This document shows, one piece after another, positions 39,564-48,659 of a stretch of 64,000 nt of DNA. The stretch spans positions 7,157-71,156 of the forward strand of contig CAJUIV010000006.1 of NCBI GenBank assembly GCA_910586905.1, written 5' to 3'. Source of the DNA: an uncultured Christensenellaceae bacterium. GTDB lineage: Bacteria > Bacillota > Clostridia > Christensenellales > CAG-314. Under the pieces are notes generated by a model. It did no database searches. It saw only the letters and a program-made list of their open reading frames with translations, and was not told the origin of the DNA. Position 1 is the first letter of the stretch; every line of letters begins with the position of its first letter. The position numbers were made by a program, and so were the translations under genes.

Positions 39564-40700
39564 TCACGCATCTATTCTTTTTACAGTAAGGTATGAATTT
39601 ACGTTTGTCGAAGGCGTAAACGTTGCAGCATTGCTCGAAGAAGCCAAAAGCGTTAACACGTCGCCTGCTGACAAAGTAACGATTGCACTACCGTTTATTA
39701 TATCGTTCGTACCCGTCGAAGACAGTGCGCGCGAAATAGTAGCCGACGGAATAGCCGCACCGTTTTCAGCCACCGACAAAGTTACCGTCGACGGATTGCC
39801 GGCGATTGTTCCTGCCAGACTATAATTTACTTCATAATCTCCGCTTTCAGTGATGTTTATCGAATTTACACCGTAAGTTACGTTAGACGAAGGCATATCG
39901 ATTGCCAAAGGAACCGTTGACGGCGTTGTAGTTAAAGCAAGGGGCGTAGTAACGGTAGAATACAATCCGCCGTAAGACGACAAACCGCTTACTCCGGACG
40001 GACCTGTAGCTCCCGTTGCGCCGGTAGGTCCGGTTGCACCCTGTATACCTTGAATACCCTGAAGCCCTTGAGGACCCGTTGCTCCGGTAGCACCGGCAGG
40101 TCCGGCGACGCCTTGTATACCTTGTGGACCGGTAGGTCCGGTTGCTCCTGTAACTCCCGTGGCACCTGTTGGTCCGGTAGGTCCAATCGGTCCTTGAACA
40201 CCCTGTATACCTTGAAGTCCTTGAGGTCCTGTCGCACCGGTTGAACCTGTAACGCCGGTTGGTCCCGTTACGCCTTGTATTCCTTGAGGTCCTGTAGGTC
40301 CGGTTACACTTGTACCCGCAGGTCCTGTTGCTCCCGTAGGACCGATAGCGCCGGCGATACCTTGCAATCCTTGAGGTCCCTGCGGTCCTGTCGCACCCGT
40401 AACGCCGGTTGGTCCCATAGGACCAATCGGCCCCTGAACACCTTGTATACCTTGAAGTCCTTGAGGACCGATAGGTCCCGTCGGACCTGTTACGCCGGGA
40501 ATACCTTGTATACCGGGTATACCCTGAGGTCCTTGAAATCCTTGAGGACCTGTCGGTCCAATCGGTCCGGTCGCGCCCATAATACCTTGAGGTCCGGTAT
40601 ATCCGCGCGGACCTCTAGGTCCTCGTTCTATAATAACTATACGATTCGGTTGTTCGTTGTGAATACAATTACACGAACAAGGTCGTCTGCAACAACTCAT
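39564..40700 (-). CDS. Collagen-like triple-helix repeat protein, BclA-type (putative exosporium glycoprotein)
   Basis: The ATG at 40700 follows aaggagag. N-terminus is [17 protein letters not shown]. By hand count there are ~70 G-X-Y triplets. The ~140-aa beta-rich C-terminal domain (…[13 protein letters not shown]…[15 protein letters not shown]…YLTVKRIDA) is of the BclA C-terminal type. Confidence 0.85.
   Translation of the reverse strand: MSCCRRPCSCNCIHNEQPNRIVIIERGPRGPRGYTGPQGIMGATGPIGPTGPQGFQGPQGIPGIQGIPGVTGPTGPIGPQGLQGIQGVQGPIGPMGPTGVTGATGPQGPQGLQGIAGAIGPTGATGPAGTSVTGPTGPQGIQGVTGPTGVTGSTGATGPQGLQGIQGVQGPIGPTGPTGATGVTGATGPTGPQGIQGVAGPAGATGATGPQGLQGIQGIQGATGPTGATGATGPSGVSGLSSYGGLYSTVTTPLALTTTPSTVPLAIDMPSSNVTYGVNSINITESGDYEVNYSLAGTIAGNPSTVTLSVAENGAAIPSATISRALSSTGTNDIINGSAIVTLSAGDVLTLLASSSNAATFTPSTNVNSYLTVKRIDA
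39987..40622 (-). repeat. In-frame G-X-Y (mostly [12 protein letters not shown]) triplet repeat array
   Basis: Two blocks of 35 triplets separated by a 2-residue break (..GTS-VT-GPT..), by my count. The DNA itself is highly self-similar. Confidence 0.9.
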
Positions 40701-40742
40701 AATATCTCTCTCCTTGTACTTTTTAGGTTTTACCCCTACAAA

Positions 40743-40770
40743 CATAGTATGTTTATTGCTCTATTTACGT
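40743..40770 (-). promoter_or_regulatory. AC-N17-CATACTATG motif (sigma-K-like promoter candidate)
   Basis: Minus strand has AC (40770-40769), a 17-nt spacer, then CATACTATG (40751-40743), 43 nt upstream of the ATG. Confidence 0.4.
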
Positions 40771-40878
40771 TACGACGTTGCCGTTAGAATTAACTCTCTC
40801 TCGTTTATTACACCATTTGAAGAAATCAAATTGCTTAATACGTAAAAACGAAAATTATAATTTATTTTTTAAAAACGC

Positions 40879-40936
40879 TTGACATTTCAGTTATACTTGC
40901 ATAAAATAATAACAGTTGAACAATTATTCAACTGTT
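40879..40936 (+). promoter_or_regulatory. Promoter plus 10-6-10 palindromic operator upstream of the ArsR-family gene
   Basis: TTGACA (40879), an 18-nt spacer, then TAAAAT, followed by the perfect inverted repeat AACAGTTGAA caatta TTCAACTGTT (40911-40936). This has the TGAA...TTCA form of ArsR/SmtB operators. Confidence 0.6.
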
Positions 40937-40951
40937 TCAAGGAGATAGATT

Positions 40952-41308
40952 ATGGAAGAAAAAGACTTTTGCTGCGAACAAAAACACGTACACGACGAAA
41001 TCTGCGAACAAGTGTGCGTAGATATGCCCGACGACGATACCTTATTCGACGTAGCGGAATTATTTAAAATTTTCGGAGACTCTACCCGTATAAGGATTCT
41101 TTCCGCACTCACCAAAGCCGAAATGTGCGTTTGCGATATAGGTTCCGTTTTAAATATGACTAAATCGGCTGTTTCGCATCAACTTAGAATACTTCGCCAA
41201 GCAAAACTTGTTAAGAATCGCCGACAGGGGAAAGAAATATTTTATAGTTTAGACGACGACCACGTTTTAAGCATAATAAATCTTGCTGTCGAACACGTCG
41301 TAGAATAG
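40952..41308 (+). CDS. ArsR/SmtB-family metal-sensing repressor (CadC/CzrA-like)
   Basis: wHTH LFKIFGDSTRIRILSAL...EMCVCDIGSVLNMTKSAVSHQLRILR with a CVC alpha-3 site, plus N-terminal Cys/His residues. Confidence 0.85.
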   Translation: MEEKDFCCEQKHVHDEICEQVCVDMPDDDTLFDVAELFKIFGDSTRIRILSALTKAEMCVCDIGSVLNMTKSAVSHQLRILRQAKLVKNRRQGKEIFYSLDDDHVLSIINLAVEHVVE

Positions 41309-41598
41309 AAAATATTATTTCACAATTATAACGTAAAACAACAGCGTTAGTTTTAAAAATACAGTTAGTCGTTTTACGATGTAATCAAATCCGATTAGTG
41401 TCAGTTAAACTTATTTGTTTAACAATATCGTACAGAATGAAGTTTTATCAAAACAACCACTTTAAAGCGTGATACGATACAATTTAAACCGAGAACACTC
41501 AGTTAATAACTTAATTATAAAAAAACAAAAGCGATAAATTATATTAAATTTACCGAATCAAGATTAAAAAACCGCAAGTATAACGAAAGGAGTAAAAT

Positions 41599-41817
41599 AT
41601 GAGAAAAATAATCGCATTACAAGATTTGGACTGCGCTGACTGCGCGGCAAAAATGGAGAACGCTATAAACAAAATCGACGGAGTGCTTTCTGCTTCGGTT
41701 AACTTTATGACTCAAAAAATCATATTGGACATTAAGGACGACAACGCTACCGACACTTTAAAACAAATAAAATCGGTTTGTAAAAAAATCGAACCGGACT
41801 GTATATTAAAAATTTAA
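41599..41817 (+). CDS. Stand-alone heavy-metal-associated (HMA) domain protein
   Basis: 72 aa with the LDCADCAAKMENAI CxxC motif, as found at the N-terminus of CadA-type ATPases. SD aaaggag. Confidence 0.8.
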   Translation: MRKIIALQDLDCADCAAKMENAINKIDGVLSASVNFMTQKIILDIKDDNATDTLKQIKSVCKKIEPDCILKI

Positions 41818-41826
41818 GGTGTATAT

Positions 41827-43695
41827 ATGTCTAAAAATAAAAAAGCGCTAATTCGCATTATAGTATCTTTATGTGTCGTTATAGTTACCGTTGTTCTCAA
41901 ATACACTATTTCCGAAAGTATATCTTGGTTTAAGTGGTTAGAATTGGGCTTATCTCTAGCGGCATATTTTACCGTTGGCTACGACGTATTATGGAAAGCA
42001 ATAACGAATATCGTTAGGGGAAAAATATTCGACGAACACTTTTTGATGACGATTGCCACGATAGGCGCGTTTGCAATAGGAGAATATGTCGACGCAACTG
42101 CAGTTATGCTTTTGTATCAAATAGGAGAATTATTCCAACGTTACGCCGTCGGGAAAAGCAGAAAAAGCATTGCAGAACTTATGGATATTCGACCCGAAGA
42201 AGCCACGGTAATCCGCGACGATCTCGAAATCAAAGTTCATCCGTCTGAAATAGAAATAGGCGAAACTATTTTGATAAAAGCAGGTGAAAAAATACCTCTC
42301 GACGGCGAAATCATTAAAGGCGAATGCAGTTTGGATACCTCCGCAATGACGGGTGAAAGCTTGCCCAGAAAAGCCTCAATCGGACAAACGGTCGTATCGG
42401 GATGTTTAAATTTAGACGGTACGATTTTCATCAAAACCACTTCAACATACGACGACAGTACGGTTGCAAAAGTACTGGATTTAGTAGAAAACGCTACCAG
42501 CAAAAAATCTCCTGCAGAAAATTTTATAACAAAATTCAGTCGATACTATACGCCGATTGTCGTTGCGCTCGCCGTAATACTCGCCGTTGTTCCGCCGATG
42601 TTCGAAGGTATTTCCGTAGGAACGGTTTGGCTGAAGTGGATGCGCCGCGCAATGATGTTTTTATTCGTATCATGCCCGTGCGCTTTGGTAATATCAATAC
42701 CTTTGGGCTTTTTCGGCGGTATAGCTTGCGCAAGTAAAAACGGGATTCTTGTAAAAGGCAGCAACTACTTAGAATTGTTAGCTAAAAGCAAAATTATCGC
42801 TTTTGACAAAACGGGAACTTTAACCAAGGGAAATTTTGCGGTTACTCAAGTCGTACCCGAAAATAAACGAGAAGAAATACTTTCGCTTGCAGCTTTGGCA
42901 GAACAATACAGCAATCACCCAATCGCAATTTCCATTTGCCGCGAACGGAAAGCAGATATGTCAGCACAAGTACAGGAAATAGCCGGACACGGCGTAAAAG
43001 CCGTTGTAAACGGTTCCGTTATTTTGTGCGGAAACGATAAACTGATGAACGATTACGATATTGAATTTTCACCTATTAGCGACGGTACGGTCGTCTACGT
43101 TGCTCAGGACGGTCGTTTCGTAGGTTCCATACAAATAAGCGACCAAATAAAAGAAGACTCTCACGAGGCTATTGCCGAGTTGAAAAAAGCCGGAGTAACG
43201 ACTGTGATGCTAACGGGAGACAACAATATTACCGCGCAAGAGATAGCCGTTAAACTTAACGTTGACAAGTATTATTCCGAACTTTTACCTCAAGATAAAG
43301 TTACAAAACTGAACGAATTGAAACAAAACGAAAAAGTAGCGTTCGTAGGAGACGGAATAAACGACGCTCCGGTTCTCGCCACAGCGGACGTCGGAATAGC
43401 TATGGGAGCTATGGGCAGCGACGTAGCGATAGAAGCAGCCGACATCGTACTTATGCAAGATAACCCTGCTTCCGTTCCGCTTGCCAAACGAATAGCGAAA
43501 AGCACTTTGAAAATAGTTACGGAAAATATCGTTTTATCCATTGCCATAAAATTTGCAGTTTTGATTTTATCCGCAATCGGATTATTGGACAAAATAGCGT
43601 TCGGCATGATTATCGCTATATTGGCAGACGTAGGCGTTTGTGTGATTGCAATATTAAATTCGATGCGCACAATGTTTATAAAGAAACGGAAATAA
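41827..43695 (+). CDS. cadA: Heavy-metal (Cd/Zn/Co-type) translocating P1B-type ATPase
   Basis: CPC in TM6 (SCPCALVIS), DKTGTLT, TGDN, GDGINDAP. SD aaggtg. Same reading frame as the HMA ORF. Confidence 0.9.
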   Translation: MSKNKKALIRIIVSLCVVIVTVVLKYTISESISWFKWLELGLSLAAYFTVGYDVLWKAITNIVRGKIFDEHFLMTIATIGAFAIGEYVDATAVMLLYQIGELFQRYAVGKSRKSIAELMDIRPEEATVIRDDLEIKVHPSEIEIGETILIKAGEKIPLDGEIIKGECSLDTSAMTGESLPRKASIGQTVVSGCLNLDGTIFIKTTSTYDDSTVAKVLDLVENATSKKSPAENFITKFSRYYTPIVVALAVILAVVPPMFEGISVGTVWLKWMRRAMMFLFVSCPCALVISIPLGFFGGIACASKNGILVKGSNYLELLAKSKIIAFDKTGTLTKGNFAVTQVVPENKREEILSLAALAEQYSNHPIAISICRERKADMSAQVQEIAGHGVKAVVNGSVILCGNDKLMNDYDIEFSPISDGTVVYVAQDGRFVGSIQISDQIKEDSHEAIAELKKAGVTTVMLTGDNNITAQEIAVKLNVDKYYSELLPQDKVTKLNELKQNEKVAFVGDGINDAPVLATADVGIAMGAMGSDVAIEAADIVLMQDNPASVPLAKRIAKSTLKIVTENIVLSIAIKFAVLILSAIGLLDKIAFGMIIAILADVGVCVIAILNSMRTMFIKKRK

Positions 43696-43724
43696 TAAGA
43701 TAATCTCGTTAATAGCTTAAAATA

Positions 43725-43757
43725 AAATCTCCTGTTTTTACAGGAGATTTTCGATTT
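43725..43757. terminator. Terminator between convergent cadA and ABC genes
   Basis: aaatctcctg / caggagattt hairpin with flanking A/T runs. Confidence 0.7.
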
Positions 43758-43819
43758 ATAAAATTCCAGGATAATTACCAATACATAATTGATACTTCTA
43801 CTTGTTAAAAATCACACTT

Positions 43820-45703
43820 TCAGCTCTTAATCAACCTTTCTTTGTTATATTGTAAATTGTATAATTCGTAGTATCGTCCCTTATTAGCCAATAGCTCTTT
43901 GTGATTTCCTTGTTCTATAATTCTTCCTCCGTCAAGCACCAATATTTTATCAGCGTGCTGAATTGTCGATAATCTATGCGCAACAATAAGCATAGTTCCG
44001 ACGTTCATAAGTTTATGCAAGCTATCCTGAATAAGAATTTCCGTTTCGGTATCGATATTTGCTGTTGCCTCGTCAAGAATCATTACTTCCGGTTTATGAA
44101 TTATTGTGCGAGCAAACGACAATAACTGACGCTGTCCTGCGGAAAAATTGTTGCCGCGTTCGCGCACTTCTTCGTCTAAACCTCCGTCCAACCTATTTAT
44201 GAATTTGTACGCGTTAACGTATTTACAAGCTTCTATTATCTGTTCGTCGTCAAATTCGTCGCGCAAAACTATATTACTGCGAATTGTTCCGGAAAATAAA
44301 AACACATCCTGCAGCATCTGTCCGAAATGTTTACGAAGCGAAGCAATTTTGAGATGCTTGATGTTTACGCCGTCAAGCAAAATTTCTCCTTTTTGAATAT
44401 CGTAGTTGCGACACAGCAAAGATAAAATCGTCGTTTTGCCGCTACCCGTAGAGCCGACGAAAGCAACCGTATCGTTAGCGTTTACGTGAAAACTTACGTC
44501 TTTTAAAATCCACTCGTTTTCATCATAAGCAAACCAAACGTTTTTGAATTCTATTTCTCCTTTAACTTCCTCAAGTTCAATCGCGTCAGGCTCGTCCACC
44601 ACTTTAGGTTCTATATCCAAAACCGTGAATATTTTCTCCGCTGACGCAAAAGCAGATTGCAACCGATGAAACTGTTCCGCCAAACTTTGTATGGGATTGA
44701 AAAAACGCGAAATAAACATATAAAATGCTACTATAACTTCGCTTGTTACTATCTGTCCCAAAAAGTTGATATCGTCTAAATATCCTACGGAACCAAGAAA
44801 AAACAGACATAGTACCGATGAAATATACAGCATATATACAAGAGGACGAAAAACGCTGAAAACAAAAATCTGACTGCGCTGCGCTTTATACAATGTTTCG
44901 TTTTTTTCCTCAAATTCATCGATTTTACGCTGTTGACGATTAAAAATCTGCGTTAATTTCATACCGGACAAATTTTCTGATAAAAACGTGTTAATGTCCG
45001 TGGTACTGTTTTTAACGCGCCGATAAGCTTTTCGAGAAAATTTACGGAATATCACGGTAAATAACACGATAAAAGGCACGAAGCATAACACCATTAAAGT
45101 CAACATATAGTTTACGCATAACATAGCCACAAGTACGCCCACTATCACAAAACAATTTTGAATCAAGTTTACAAGCAAGCCCGTAAACATCATAGATATT
45201 GCGTTCGTGTCGTTTGTCGTGCGAGTAACCAATTTACCGACGGGAATTTGGGAAAGCTGCGCATGAGATAGCTTTTCTATATGCTCGAACACGTCTTCGC
45301 GTAATTTAGACACTATTTTTTGACCTGTTTTTTGTAAAACGATAGATTGTACGTACGTACAAACAAGCGATACAACCAATACGGCGGCGTAAACCCCCAC
45401 TCGCCATAATACGTTTATAAGCTCGAAATCTTTTTTTATAATTGCCTCGATATCCGATACCAAAATCGGAGATAGGATACTGTACGATACGGAAACAATC
45501 ATCACGAAGCCGACCAAAACAAAATTTCTCCAATACGGTTTCGCATATTTAAGCAAGCGTTTAAACAGTTCGCCGTCTTTAATATTACGGTCGAAGCCCA
45601 TAGACTCTTTTTTATCTTTTATCAACGCAAATACAAGTATAAGCACTGCCGATATGGTTCCCAAAATTGCGCCGACGATTAAAAGCGGGAGATAATCTTT
45701 CAT
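43820..45703 (-). CDS. ABC exporter, fused TMD-NBD subunit (heterodimer partner B)
   Basis: 6 TM plus an NBD with Walker A GSTGSGKTT, signature FSAGQRQL and Walker B ILDEAT. Confidence 0.9.
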   Translation of the reverse strand: MKDYLPLLIVGAILGTISAVLILVFALIKDKKESMGFDRNIKDGELFKRLLKYAKPYWRNFVLVGFVMIVSVSYSILSPILVSDIEAIIKKDFELINVLWRVGVYAAVLVVSLVCTYVQSIVLQKTGQKIVSKLREDVFEHIEKLSHAQLSQIPVGKLVTRTTNDTNAISMMFTGLLVNLIQNCFVIVGVLVAMLCVNYMLTLMVLCFVPFIVLFTVIFRKFSRKAYRRVKNSTTDINTFLSENLSGMKLTQIFNRQQRKIDEFEEKNETLYKAQRSQIFVFSVFRPLVYMLYISSVLCLFFLGSVGYLDDINFLGQIVTSEVIVAFYMFISRFFNPIQSLAEQFHRLQSAFASAEKIFTVLDIEPKVVDEPDAIELEEVKGEIEFKNVWFAYDENEWILKDVSFHVNANDTVAFVGSTGSGKTTILSLLCRNYDIQKGEILLDGVNIKHLKIASLRKHFGQMLQDVFLFSGTIRSNIVLRDEFDDEQIIEACKYVNAYKFINRLDGGLDEEVRERGNNFSAGQRQLLSFARTIIHKPEVMILDEATANIDTETEILIQDSLHKLMNVGTMLIVAHRLSTIQHADKILVLDGGRIIEQGNHKELLANKGRYYELYNLQYNKERLIKS

Positions 45704-45704
45704 A

Positions 45705-47477
45705 CTAAATACCTTCCTCGTCTTCTAATTTTTGAAGAGCAACCATATTTCGATAATCCGAACAACGAACAAGCAACTGTTCGTGAGAACCCACGTCGAT
45801 TACTTTACCGCCGTCCATGTAAATTATTTTATCTAAATTTCGAACGGTTGAAATTCGATGAGCAATCAAAATGGTAGTTTTTCCTTCTCGTATGCGTTTT
45901 AAATTTTCTAATATTTTACGTTCGGTATCGGTATCGACCGCCGAAACAGAATCGTCCATTATCAATATAGAAGAATTTTTCATCAAAGCTCGAGCAATAG
46001 AAATACGCTGCTTTTGTCCGCCGGATACCGTTACGCCGCGTTCGCCGAGTACCGTTTCGTAACCGTTAACAAATCCTCGGATATTACCGTCTATATCTGA
46101 CGTTTCGGCAGCGCGTTCAATCTGCGCAAAATCTAACGTATCGGAAGAAAACGCAATGTTTTTAGCTATTGTGTCGGAAAACAAAAAATTGTCTTGAGGT
46201 ACGTACGCGCAAAAATTACGCAAACTGTTTATTTTTATTTCGTTGATGTCCTTTCCGTCTATAAATATCGTACCGTCTTCAACATTGTAACAACGTAATA
46301 TCAAATCGGCGAGAGTGGTTTTTCCGCAACCCGTTTTACCTACAATGCCGACGCTTTCGCCTGCATCGATAGTAAAAGAAACGTCCGTAAGCGAATCAAT
46401 ATTTGCGGAGGGATACCGAAAAGTTAAACGATTAAATCTAATACTGCCTTTTAAATCGTCAATATCGCTTGCCTTAGACTTATCCGTTACATCAGGTTCA
46501 GCATTCAAAAATTCCGACACGCGTTTTAAAGAAGCTTTACCGCGCGAAGACATATCGATAAGCTCGGTTATAGCCATTACAGGCCACACGATGGCGTTGA
46601 AATAGCCTATAAACTCCATAAGTTGTCCGGCGTTAAACGTCCCTATGTAAACTAGATACGAGCCGTATCCTAAAACTATACAAATAACAGACTCTACGAA
46701 CAAATTAACGAATACGTGGAGAAGCATACTCATTTTTGTATACGCTATGTTTGCGTTTTCGTTCTTTTTATTTAGTCTTTTAAAAGCCCATAATTCCTTA
46801 AACTCTTTGACAAACGCTTTTATTACGGCAATTCCCGAATAGCTTTCCTGCGCGAAATCAGACAAATCCGAAAAAGCCGCTTGACGTGCGTCCCATTTCA
46901 TCGTCATATACTTTCCAACGATAATACCGACAACTAACATAAGAACCATAGGAATGAGAGAAAATAATGTCATTTTCCAATCCATTCGGAACATTTTATA
47001 AAGCGACATTCCTCCCATAAATACCGCGTCGAACGTCATCATAACTCCGCTGCCGAAACAATCTTGAACGGTTTCCAAATCGTTAGTAAAAAGCGACATC
47101 ATATTGCCGACCTTATTGACGGAATAAAATTCGCACGATAAATCTTTTGAACGACTAAACATCCGTCCACGTAAATCTTTTTCTACTTTATAACCGGCAC
47201 CGAATAAGCAAATACGCCACAAAAATCTACCTACAATAAGCACCGATATAACAATAAACATAGGAACGCATACTTCGCTCCACAATAAATACTTATCAAA
47301 AATCCGCTTTACTCCGTCGATTTTAACGTAGCCGTTGTTTATACCGTTTATAACTATTCTGTATAATTCAGGTATGATAAGCTGTACGTAATCTACGGCA
47401 ATAAGGGCAATGATACCTAAAAGTAACATATACGCATATTTAAAATAATACTTATTTAAATGTTTGCCGAAAATCAT
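45705..47477 (-). CDS. ABC exporter, fused TMD-NBD subunit (heterodimer partner A)
   Basis: 6 TM plus an NBD with Walker A GKTGCGKTT, signature VSGGQKQR and Walker B IMDDS. Separated from the partner gene by 1 nt. Confidence 0.9.
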   Translation of the reverse strand: MIFGKHLNKYYFKYAYMLLLGIIALIAVDYVQLIIPELYRIVINGINNGYVKIDGVKRIFDKYLLWSEVCVPMFIVISVLIVGRFLWRICLFGAGYKVEKDLRGRMFSRSKDLSCEFYSVNKVGNMMSLFTNDLETVQDCFGSGVMMTFDAVFMGGMSLYKMFRMDWKMTLFSLIPMVLMLVVGIIVGKYMTMKWDARQAAFSDLSDFAQESYSGIAVIKAFVKEFKELWAFKRLNKKNENANIAYTKMSMLLHVFVNLFVESVICIVLGYGSYLVYIGTFNAGQLMEFIGYFNAIVWPVMAITELIDMSSRGKASLKRVSEFLNAEPDVTDKSKASDIDDLKGSIRFNRLTFRYPSANIDSLTDVSFTIDAGESVGIVGKTGCGKTTLADLILRCYNVEDGTIFIDGKDINEIKINSLRNFCAYVPQDNFLFSDTIAKNIAFSSDTLDFAQIERAAETSDIDGNIRGFVNGYETVLGERGVTVSGGQKQRISIARALMKNSSILIMDDSVSAVDTDTERKILENLKRIREGKTTILIAHRISTVRNLDKIIYMDGGKVIDVGSHEQLLVRCSDYRNMVALQKLEDEEGI

Positions 47478-47651
47478 CAGTTTCTCCCAAAGTACTGCTT
47501 ATCACGCCGCAAAACTACAAGTAACGTGGACTTGTCGCCGTTATTTACTATATTTATCGCATACGAATAAGATTTTAATCGATAAAACGTTAAAACGTGA
47601 TACGATGCAATAAAGACTAGATATATTCAATTAAACCCGACTAATTGCTTT

Positions 47652-47680
47652 ATTATAACAAAAACGATTTTATTTGGCAA
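47652..47680 (-). promoter_or_regulatory. Sigma-A promoter of the ABC exporter operon
   Basis: Minus strand reads TTGCCA, a 17-nt spacer, then TATAAT, leaving a ~170-nt 5' UTR. Confidence 0.55.
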
Positions 47681-47789
47681 CATCTTGCCGCGACAAACCG
47701 TAAGAAAGTAAAAAACTGGTTGTTAAAACAAAAAATATAATTTACAAAAATCAGTTCAGTCAAATTTCAAAATACCGCAACAAAATACG

Positions 47790-48515
47790 TTACTGTAGTT
47801 TTAGAAGTTCCGATAAACTTTTAAGCGGAAAATAGTTGAAAGATATAAATTTATAACACAGACTGAGCGCGTCTTTTATTATACCGGAAGCAATATTTAA
47901 ATTAGACAATTTATCGTATGTAATACCGTCAATCATTTTACACGTTGCAAGCGAACGAGGACTTACCGCAACGCTTTCAGCCGTCCTGCAGCTATCGCAA
48001 ACCAAACCGCCGCGATTTGCGTCTAAAAAAAGATTTTTTTCAGTTTTATCGCAAACAACGCAACGGTTAAGCTGTAAAGCGACTCCTTGCAATTTAAAAA
48101 ACGCCAATAAATATCTCAATGTAACCAACAGAGGTTCGATTTTTCCCGATAACGCTTTAAACGCTTTCAAAGTTTCTACGAACAAATCGGGATCGGATTG
48201 ATTTTCCTCCGTATAATTTGCCAAACACTCTGCAACTACGCATGCGGCGTAATAAACGGCAATATCCTCGCGCAGAGAATAAAAACTTTCCAACTGCTCG
48301 CAAGATTTTAAAGTAAAACGGTCAGCGGAAAACGCCAACTCGTATTGTCCGAAACAAAACTGGTCTGCGGCAAATTTTAATTTTGCGGAATTTTTGCGTA
48401 TACCTTTGGCGTGAACTGAAATTTTGCCGTACTCCAAAGAGTATAGCAAAATTATTTTATCGCTTTCCTTGTAGTCCGTCGCCCTTATCGCTACGGCTTT
48501 TGTCGTTACGTCCAT
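47790..48515 (-). CDS. recO: DNA repair protein RecO
   Basis: OB-fold N-terminus (AIRATDYKESDKII) and a Zn motif CxxC...CxxC (CVVCDK...CDSCR). Downstream of era as in Bacillus. Confidence 0.85.
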   Translation of the reverse strand: MDVTTKAVAIRATDYKESDKIILLYSLEYGKISVHAKGIRKNSAKLKFAADQFCFGQYELAFSADRFTLKSCEQLESFYSLREDIAVYYAACVVAECLANYTEENQSDPDLFVETLKAFKALSGKIEPLLVTLRYLLAFFKLQGVALQLNRCVVCDKTEKNLFLDANRGGLVCDSCRTAESVAVSPRSLATCKMIDGITYDKLSNLNIASGIIKDALSLCYKFISFNYFPLKSLSELLKLQ

Positions 48516-48594
48516 TTTTAGTTAATTCCTTGTATAACATATAATACGCAGGATTTCCGGTTTCTTTAAACAATTCCCATACTTTATCTTTCAT
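48457..48594 (-). CDS. yqzL: YqzL-family small protein (not in the ORF track)
   Basis: Hand translation gives MKDKVWELFKETGNPAYYMLYKELTKNGRNDKSRSDKGDGLQGKR (45 aa). SD ggagg lies 7 nt upstream. The W..F..TG....Y.LYKE pattern and the era/recO position match Bacillus yqzL. It overlaps the recO start by 59 nt. Confidence 0.55.
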   Translation of the reverse strand: MKDKVWELFKETGNPAYYMLYKELTKNGRNDKSRSDKGDGLQGKR

Positions 48595-48659
48595 AAACAA
48601 ACCTCCAAATGTAAATAGTTTGCCTTTTTTCAGATAAATGTATACCGTAAATTTTTTAT

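Noticed and set aside
39989-40787. Three 64-170-aa ORFs in other frames or strands inside the collagen-like gene (39989-40237 minus, 40050-40244 plus, 40275-40787 plus).
   Set aside because: They are by-products of the GGN-CCN triplet repeat staying open in several frames. Their products are low-complexity R/S/T/L strings, and they have no SD.
41461-41500. Recurrent plus-strand intergenic motif TTAAARCGYGATAYGAT...AAACCGAGAA, seen at about 2101-2140, 4356-4390, 41461-41495, 47589-47612 and 58778-58800.
   Set aside because: The shared cores are only 12-15 nt and degenerate. A rough estimate suggests several such matches are expected by chance among ~7 kb of AT-rich intergenic DNA. Orientation relative to flanking genes is also inconsistent. 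It would need a genome-wide motif search to revive.
42237-43781. Several antisense or alternative-frame ORFs within cadA (42237-42503, 42402-42737, 42536-42764, 43290-43781).
   Set aside because: They overlap a P-type ATPase frame that carries all the canonical motifs. One of them also runs through the terminator.
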